A DNA stretch of 64,000 nt from positions 32,001 through 96,000 of IMG/VR virus record IMGVR_UViG_3300003690_003063, one strand, 5' to 3'. Position numbers and translations under genes: made by a program. The first letter of the stretch is position 1. Every line of letters starts with the position of its first letter. Positions 57,967-64,000 of this stretch are shown here, piece after piece. Below the pieces are notes generated by a model that was given only the letters and a program-made list of their open reading frames with translations, was not told the DNA's origin and did not search any database. Source of the stretch: a virus.

Positions 57967-57995
57967 TTGACTTCGAAGCTTCCGTGAGGTATACT
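57967..57995 (+). promoter_or_regulatory. sigma70-type promoter
   Basis: TTGACT-N17-TATACT in the intergenic region. Confidence 0.6.
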
Positions 57996-58025
57996 CATAG
58001 GAGCTTCATACGTTAGGGGACTAGA

Positions 58026-58409
58026 GTGAAGAACAAGAGATACATAGAGTTCGCAAAGCGAGTAGCAGAACAATCAAATTATGGAAAGTTTAGGCACGGA
58101 GCCGTTCTCGTGAAGGGTAGCTCCGTTCGTAGTATTTCCTGTAACAAGCACCGGCATTGTAGTTTCGGTGCGAGATTTCGTAAAGAGGGTCACGGCGAAG
58201 CCACCCTCCACGCAGAGTTGGGAGCCATCCTCGGCATCGAGCGCTCCACGACACAGGGCTCAGACGTTTACGTCGCGCGCATCAACAGAGAAGGAGAGGC
58301 ACGCATCAGCAAGCCTTGTCCAATGTGCGAAGCAGCCATGCGCCACGTAGGTGTCCGTCGCGTCTACTATACCAATGAAGACGGCAAGATCGAGAGGATG
58401 CGCCTATGA
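58026..58409 (+). CDS. Zinc-dependent cytidine/dCMP deaminase-family protein
   Basis: HGAVLV, HAE, SKPCPMC, GVRRVYY. Confidence 0.85.
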   Translation: MKNKRYIEFAKRVAEQSNYGKFRHGAVLVKGSSVRSISCNKHRHCSFGARFRKEGHGEATLHAELGAILGIERSTTQGSDVYVARINREGEARISKPCPMCEAAMRHVGVRRVYYTNEDGKIERMRL

Positions 58410-59371
58410 AACGCGTCATGATCATCGACGCGCTGAACGCCTATTTCCGGGCTTTTATCGTCAACCCTAGTCTCTCGGCCCACGGACAGCCCATCGGGGG
58501 CTTGAAGGGCTTCCTAGGCATCTTACAGAAGCTGTGTAGGGACATCAGGCCCGACACGGTGATGATCATTTGGGATGGCCCGGGCGGCAGCCGTAAACGG
58601 AGGGAACAAAATAAGAACTATAAGGCAGGTCGCAAGCCTATTCGGGTCAACCGCCAGACCGACTTAACACAGGAACAACAGCAGGCCAACATGGCGTGGC
58701 AACAGCTACGGTTGATGGAATATCTTAATGAGTTGCCAGTAGTTCAGTTGCGCTTTGATGAGGTAGAAGCCGACGATGTGATCGCATACGCCACACAGGT
58801 AGAACAATTTAAAGGGTGGGAGAAGGTAGTTGTTTCTAGTGATAAAGATTTTCTTCAGTTGTGTGATGATGAAACGGTTTTGTTTAGGCCGATCCAAAAG
58901 AAGGTGCACACTAAGTTAAACATAGTGGAAGATTTTGACATTCATCCACGCAATTTTGCAATGGCCCGCGCTATAGCTGGAGACCCTTCGGACAATCTTA
59001 AAGGTGTCCCTCGCGCCGGCTTAAAAAGTATTTCAAAAAACTTAAAATTTCTTAGGGAAGATAAGGACGCGACATTACAAGAGATTTTTGATTTCTGTCT
59101 TAAGAGCGACTCCAAGGCCAAGTTTTTCACGAACGTTTTGGAGTACAGAGATGTAATTATAGAGAACTATAAGTTGATGCAATTATATGCTCCAGCGTTG
59201 TCTTTACAGTGTCGTGACAAAGTACACTATACACTAGATAATTTTGAATATGACTACAATAAAACCGAAGTTATTCGCATGATGAATCAGGACGGTTTTG
59301 GAGTTTTTAACTGGGATGATTTACATGCTGCGATGAACCGCATGTGTGTTGACAAGGCGCTGACGAAGTGA
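58406..59371 (+). CDS. 5'-3' exonuclease/flap endonuclease (T4 RNase H-like)
   Basis: IIDALN, WDG, YKAGR, EADDVIA, SSDKDFLQL, GDPSDNLKGV. Confidence 0.92.
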   Translation: MKRVMIIDALNAYFRAFIVNPSLSAHGQPIGGLKGFLGILQKLCRDIRPDTVMIIWDGPGGSRKRREQNKNYKAGRKPIRVNRQTDLTQEQQQANMAWQQLRLMEYLNELPVVQLRFDEVEADDVIAYATQVEQFKGWEKVVVSSDKDFLQLCDDETVLFRPIQKKVHTKLNIVEDFDIHPRNFAMARAIAGDPSDNLKGVPRAGLKSISKNLKFLREDKDATLQEIFDFCLKSDSKAKFFTNVLEYRDVIIENYKLMQLYAPALSLQCRDKVHYTLDNFEYDYNKTEVIRMMNQDGFGVFNWDDLHAAMNRMCVDKALTK

Positions 59372-59377
59372 TATTAT
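59349..59377 (+). promoter_or_regulatory. sigma70-type promoter upstream of the helicase
   Basis: TTGACA-N17-TATTAT with a TG extension. Confidence 0.55.
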
Positions 59378-59384
59378 AGAGGCA

Positions 59385-60764
59385 GTGGATAGAACAATGA
59401 AATTAAATGGTGAAGCTGCGAACTTCTCAAAATACGGGAAATCATTTCAAGAAAAGTTATGTATGGTGATTTTGGATGATCGCTCCTTCGCAGATCAGAT
59501 TGAAGAAGTCCTAGATGTAAATTTTTTGGAATTAAATTATCTCAAATTGTTTTTAAATAAGATTTTTGACTACCGTAAGAAGTATGGAGTCCATCCATCT
59601 CGCGACATCATGAAAACTATTTTGCGCGCTGAACTTGACAACGAGAATGAATTAACAGCAAAGCAAACGAGAGAATTTTATGTTCGGAGTCAAATCACAG
59701 ACCTTACTGATGTGGGATATATTAAAGATACCTCATTAGATTTCTGTAAGAAGCAGAACTTGAAGTCCGCCATGGTAAAGTCCATTCAACTGTTGCACAA
59801 CTCATCATTTGATGAGATTTCACGAGTTATTAATGACTCTCTTAAGTTGGGAATAAATGGTGATGAGGGATACGACTACAAGAAAGACTTCGAAGAGCGG
59901 TTTAAGCCGCGCTTTCGCAACCCCATCACAACTGGCTGGCCACTGATTGATGATGTGTGTAAAGGAGGCTTGGGACAGAAGGAATTGGGTGTCGTCATCG
60001 CGCCGACTGGGGCCGGTAAGTCAATGGCTCTGGTACATCTTGGGACGCAAGCTCTGAAAGAGGGCAAGACTGTTATTCATTACACTCTCGAACTTCAAGA
60101 TACTGTGGTGGCATCTCGTTATGATTCTTGCCTTACCAAGATCGCTTTGGAGGACCTACTGACCTTTAAAGAAAAAATCTATGAAGAAGTGAGCGACATT
60201 GGAGGCAAACTTATTATCAAGGAATACCCCACAAAGACTGCGACCACTCAAACTATTCGGAATCATTTAGAAAAATTGAAAATGCGCGATACTATTCCCG
60301 ATATGGTTATCGTTGACTATGGTGATTTGTTACGACCCATGAGGTATTTAAAAGAGAAGAGAAATGAATTAGAATCTATTTACGAAGAGCTGCGCGCTAT
60401 CGCAACAGAGTATAAATTTCCAGTATGGACAGCATCGCAGACGAATAGGTCCGGATTGAACGCAGAAGTGATTACAATGGAGTCGATCTCCGAGGCATTC
60501 AACAAGTGCTTTATAGCAGATTTTATTTTTACTCTTTCTCGCACCATTGAAGATAAGTCAGTAAATGGTGGGCGCTTGTTCGTGGCGAAGAATCGAAATG
60601 GCCCAGACGGAATTATATTTCCTCTCTTTATGGACGCCGCCAGTGTTTGTATTAAGGTATTGGACCCGCGCGCAGAGGATGAATTTATAGAGGTAAATTC
60701 TAAAAGGCAAAAAGAGAACTTGGTTGAGAAATATAAAAAATTTAAACAGGGCAATGGAGGTTGA
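59385..60764 (+). CDS. Replicative DnaB-like helicase (gp41-like)
   Basis: APTGAGKS, TLEL, IIKEYPT, IVDYGD, WTASQTNR, KNRNG. Start may be the ATG at 59397. Confidence 0.92.
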   Translation: MDRTMKLNGEAANFSKYGKSFQEKLCMVILDDRSFADQIEEVLDVNFLELNYLKLFLNKIFDYRKKYGVHPSRDIMKTILRAELDNENELTAKQTREFYVRSQITDLTDVGYIKDTSLDFCKKQNLKSAMVKSIQLLHNSSFDEISRVINDSLKLGINGDEGYDYKKDFEERFKPRFRNPITTGWPLIDDVCKGGLGQKELGVVIAPTGAGKSMALVHLGTQALKEGKTVIHYTLELQDTVVASRYDSCLTKIALEDLLTFKEKIYEEVSDIGGKLIIKEYPTKTATTQTIRNHLEKLKMRDTIPDMVIVDYGDLLRPMRYLKEKRNELESIYEELRAIATEYKFPVWTASQTNRSGLNAEVITMESISEAFNKCFIADFIFTLSRTIEDKSVNGGRLFVAKNRNGPDGIIFPLFMDAASVCIKVLDPRAEDEFIEVNSKRQKENLVEKYKKFKQGNGG

Positions 60765-60767
60765 GGG

Positions 60768-63188
60768 ATGTTTGATAAAGATAAAGTACGAGAGGATACT
60801 CTTGAATATTTTGATGGTGATGAGCTGGCAACGAATGTTTTTATGACGAAGTATTGTTTGCGTGACAAAAAAGGTAATTTTATGGAGAAAACTCCAGATG
60901 ATATGCATAAGCGTATTGCTAAGGAGTTCGCGCGGATGGAAGATAAATTTATTACCCGGAAGTCAAATCATTTGACAGAGGATGAGATATATTCATTCCT
61001 CAAAGATTTCAAATACATCGTGCCCCAGGGCTCTCCAATGATGGGAATAGGAAATAATTATGTTAATGTGTCACTGTCTAATTGCGTTGTTATTGATAAC
61101 CCCGCCGACTCTGTATCAAGCATCATGGACGCGGGCAAAGATCTTGCGAATCTCTTTAAACGTAGGTGCGGTGTTGGGGTTGATATATCTTCTCTTCGTC
61201 CTGAAGGGGCTGTGGTCAATAATTCCGCTCGGACTACTACTGGTGCGTGGTCTTTTGCTGATTTTTACTCCTACGTCTGCCGAATGATCGGACAAAACGG
61301 GCGCCGCGGTGCCCTCATGATTTCGCTGGATGTACGCCATCCTGATATCAAAAAGTTTGTACAAATGAAGAAGGATCTCACAAAGGTGACGGGGGCTAAT
61401 GTGTCCATTAAAATAAGTGACAGCTTTATGGAAGCCGTAGAGAAGAAAGAAACGTTTACTCTACAATTTCCCGTTGATAGCGAAGACCCGGAGTATGTGA
61501 GGGACATAGATGCCGCTGCGTTGTGGAGTACTATCGTGGAGTCAGCGACTACGGGTGCCGAACCGGGCCTCCTGATGTGGGATAATATTATTAGGAATTT
61601 GCCGGCCCATGAATATGAGGAGTTCAGTACCAAAACTACTAACCCCTGCGGAGAAATACCTCTTTCGGCTTACGATAGCTGTAGGCTTGTATCTCTGAAT
61701 TTAAAAAGTCTCGTCAAAAATTCTTTTGAAAAAAGTGCAAACTTTGACTTTGGTAAGTTAAGAGAGATAGCTGCTATTGGTATGCGTCTCTCAGATGACC
61801 TAGTAGAATTAGAGTTAGAAAAACTAGAAACTATTTGCAGTGTGGCGGATACGGATGACGAGAAAGAACTTTGGTTAAAACTGCACGGCGCCGCAAAGAA
61901 TGGCAGGCGCACAGGTTTGGGCACCCACGGGCTTGCGGACGCGTTGGCATGTCTTAATCTGGCATACGATAGTGATGAGGCCCTTGTGGTTATTGAGCAA
62001 ATTTACCGCACACTACGCGACGCAGCATACGAAGAGAGCGTTTATCTTGCTCAAGAGCGAGGCGCCTTTCCTGCGTTTGACTGGAGTGTCGAGGAAAACA
62101 ACGAGTTTATTCAGAGACTCCCAGAAGAACTAAAGAAAATGATCGCACAGTATGGACGTCGCAACATTTCTATTCTTACTAACGCACCAACGGGCTCTGT
62201 CTCTATAATGTCTCAAACGTCTTCGGGTTTAGAGCCTGTTTTTAGGAATTCTTATATCCGTCGCCGCAAACTTTCGCACGACGAACAGCATCTTGATGCC
62301 GATCACGTCGACGAGGTGGGAGATCGATGGCTTGAGTATGAGGTGTTCCATCACAATGCTCAGGCATGGTTTGAGTGGCATCCTTTTAAAGAGCCGGGCC
62401 CCCTTCCCGCATTTTTTGTAGAATCGGACAGCATCGATTGGACCCGACGAATTGCGGTGCAGTCTGTCATACAACAGAACATAGATCATAGTATTAGTTC
62501 GACAATTAATCTTCCCAAAGGTACTTCGCCGGCATTGGTGGGGGAGCTTTATATGGAAGGGTGGAAGCAAGGACTCAAGGGGATTACTGTTTATGTGGAA
62601 GGATCTCGTTCGGGGGTTCTTTTATCCCAGACAACGGATATTTTTCCACAGCATACTGCTCCCAAACGTCCGATTGAATTAGACTGTAATATTCACCACA
62701 CCACCATCCAGGGCGAGAAGTGGATCATTGTTGTAGGCCTCATGGATAACAGGCCGTATGAAATTATGGGAGGACTTTCAAATTTGATTGAAATTCCCCG
62801 TGACAAGGCGGCAGGTATTTTGGTGAAGAACCCAAGGAAGACGATGAATTCTGTTTATGATTTGAAGGTGGGAAAGAATGGCGACCATGTTATCGTAAAA
62901 GATTTGGTCAAGGTTTTCGATAACCCTAATCATTCAGCGTTTACGCGCATGATTTCGCTTGGTCTTCGTCACGGATCCAACATTCAATATGTAGTTGAAC
63001 AGCTTCAGAAGGATCGGGATAGCGATATGTTTAGTTTTGCTCGTTGTATGGCACGCATTTTGAAGAACTACATTCCAGATGGGCAGCAAGCCACGGAGCG
63101 CACGTGTGGAGAATGTGGTACCGAAGGACTGATATATGTAGAGGGTTGTGTTACATGTTCCAACTGTGGTTTTGCGAAGTGCGGCTAG
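60768..63188 (+). CDS. nrdJ: Class II (adenosylcobalamin-dependent) ribonucleotide reductase
   Basis: SLSNC, GRRGA, TNPCGEIPL, RRTGLG, APTGS, ISSTINLP, KGITVY; C-terminal CGEC...C..CSNCG. Confidence 0.9.
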   Translation: MFDKDKVREDTLEYFDGDELATNVFMTKYCLRDKKGNFMEKTPDDMHKRIAKEFARMEDKFITRKSNHLTEDEIYSFLKDFKYIVPQGSPMMGIGNNYVNVSLSNCVVIDNPADSVSSIMDAGKDLANLFKRRCGVGVDISSLRPEGAVVNNSARTTTGAWSFADFYSYVCRMIGQNGRRGALMISLDVRHPDIKKFVQMKKDLTKVTGANVSIKISDSFMEAVEKKETFTLQFPVDSEDPEYVRDIDAAALWSTIVESATTGAEPGLLMWDNIIRNLPAHEYEEFSTKTTNPCGEIPLSAYDSCRLVSLNLKSLVKNSFEKSANFDFGKLREIAAIGMRLSDDLVELELEKLETICSVADTDDEKELWLKLHGAAKNGRRTGLGTHGLADALACLNLAYDSDEALVVIEQIYRTLRDAAYEESVYLAQERGAFPAFDWSVEENNEFIQRLPEELKKMIAQYGRRNISILTNAPTGSVSIMSQTSSGLEPVFRNSYIRRRKLSHDEQHLDADHVDEVGDRWLEYEVFHHNAQAWFEWHPFKEPGPLPAFFVESDSIDWTRRIAVQSVIQQNIDHSISSTINLPKGTSPALVGELYMEGWKQGLKGITVYVEGSRSGVLLSQTTDIFPQHTAPKRPIELDCNIHHTTIQGEKWIIVVGLMDNRPYEIMGGLSNLIEIPRDKAAGILVKNPRKTMNSVYDLKVGKNGDHVIVKDLVKVFDNPNHSAFTRMISLGLRHGSNIQYVVEQLQKDRDSDMFSFARCMARILKNYIPDGQQATERTCGECGTEGLIYVEGCVTCSNCGFAKCG

Positions 63189-63198
63189 TTATATAGAG

Positions 63199-63498
63199 AT
63201 GATACAGTTTACTGATAAAGCAACGGAGCGCATCACCAAGGTTTTAGAAGCCGGCGAGGCTATTAGGATTGCGGTCCAGGGGGGCGGATGCTCGGGTATG
63301 TCATATTGTTTGAATATAGAGACGGAAGAGCCGGACGAAGAAGATATTTTACTTGACATTACTGCTGTAAAGATATATATTGATCCTATGAGTGCTGGGA
63401 TTCTAAAGGACACTACGGTAGATTACATAGCCACACTACAGCAAGAGGGATTTGTCCCCAGAACGTGGGATCTTTTGATAAGGACGAACAACATGTAG
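63199..63498 (+). pseudogene. iscA: IscA/HesB Fe-S carrier protein lacking its C-terminal CGCG motif
   Basis: RIAVQGGGCSGMSY, IDPMS..IL..TTVDY, EGFV, then similarity stops at about 63455. Confidence 0.7.
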
Positions 63499-63791
63499 GT
63501 ACGGGTATCGTGGGCGCCCCAGAATGTGGAGATGTGATGAAACTTCAAATTAAAGTAGATGACAGTGGGTATATCTGTGACGCCAAGTTTAAAACCTTTG
63601 GGTGTGGGTCGGCCATTGCCGCCTCATCACTAGCTACAGAATGGATCAAGGGAAAGACCTTGAAAGAGGCCGCCGAGATTAAAAATACAGATATCGTGGA
63701 AGAGCTCTCTTTGCCCCCCGTTAAGATACATTGCTCGGTGTTAGCAGAAGAGGCAATCAAGGCGGCAATAGAAGATTTGGAGAATAAATGA
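63456..63791 (+). CDS. iscU: IscU/NifU-N Fe-S scaffold, N-terminally truncated
   Basis: PQNVGS, GAPECGDVMKLQI, FKTFGCGSAIAASS, LPPVKIHCSVLAE. The usual residues before P-x-N-V-G are missing. Confidence 0.85.
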   Translation, partial: PQNVGSFDKDEQHVGTGIVGAPECGDVMKLQIKVDDSGYICDAKFKTFGCGSAIAASSLATEWIKGKTLKEAAEIKNTDIVEELSLPPVKIHCSVLAEEAIKAAIEDLENK

Positions 63792-64000
63792 CATTTACAC
63801 CAGTTAATAACTATCTTTATGTGAGAACCATAGAGGACAACGAAACAGAAGACAGCGCCATCTTATTGCCCCAGGATTACCGCGCAGTTGAAAGCCCATT
63901 CGCAGTGGTTGAAGTAGTCAACTGTTCGGGCGAAAACGGAACCTTGTGGGGCGCTGGATTACGCCTCGTGGTGGAAGCCCACATGCTCCGAGACATTTGC
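63788..64000 (+). CDS. GroES-like co-chaperonin (partial, runs off the window)
   Basis: MTFTPVNNYLYVRTIEDNETEDSAILLPQDY... fits the GroES N-terminal strand and mobile loop (ILLP). Not in the ORF track. Confidence 0.6.
   Translation, partial: MTFTPVNNYLYVRTIEDNETEDSAILLPQDYRAVESPFAVVEVVNCSGENGTLWGAGLRLVVEAHMLRDIC

Noticed and set aside
665-63760. Numerous minus-strand and alternative-frame ORFs in the track (for example 45874..46566 and 60380..60868)
   Set aside because: They are shadows of well-supported + strand genes and show no recognisable motifs.

Overview
A 64-kb segment of a large, uncultured-looking T4-like (far-T4/jumbo-type) myovirus genome. All credible genes are on the + strand, tightly packed, and use the standard code (TAA, TAG and TGA all act as stops). 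In order it holds: baseplate/tail structural genes, the first with two tandem intein-like Hint domains; a RuvC-like resolvase and primase; a cluster of small genes sharing an N-terminal leader; a fused SbcD-SbcC (gp47-gp46) nuclease; a putative holin/spanin trio; terminase, portal, prohead protease, ribosomal protein bS21, neck/fibre genes, scaffold and major capsid protein; neck, tail terminator, sheath, tube, hub chaperone, tape measure and baseplate genes; then a replication/metabolism block (minimal PolA, MazG-like, tubulin/FtsZ-like, gp32 SSB, Hc1-like, RecA/UvsX, deaminase, 5'-3' exonuclease, DnaB helicase, NrdJ, IscA, IscU, GroES-like). The most notable signals are: (1) reusable N-terminal leaders on about 10 unrelated cargo proteins, one of them a pre-toxin TG domain, probably capsid-targeting, protease-cleaved address labels; (2) tandem HN-K Hint domains in a virion protein; (3) a start-less ORF, absent from the ORF track, that implies a +1/-2 programmed frameshift in the tail chaperone; (4) a recurrent CTAnTTA late-promoter candidate versus sigma70 promoters on replication genes; (5) S/T-G-S enrichment in virion-surface proteins; (6) a divergent phage tubulin. 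Several short deletions may be assembly artefacts. All family assignments come from motif recognition and gene order, not from database searches.
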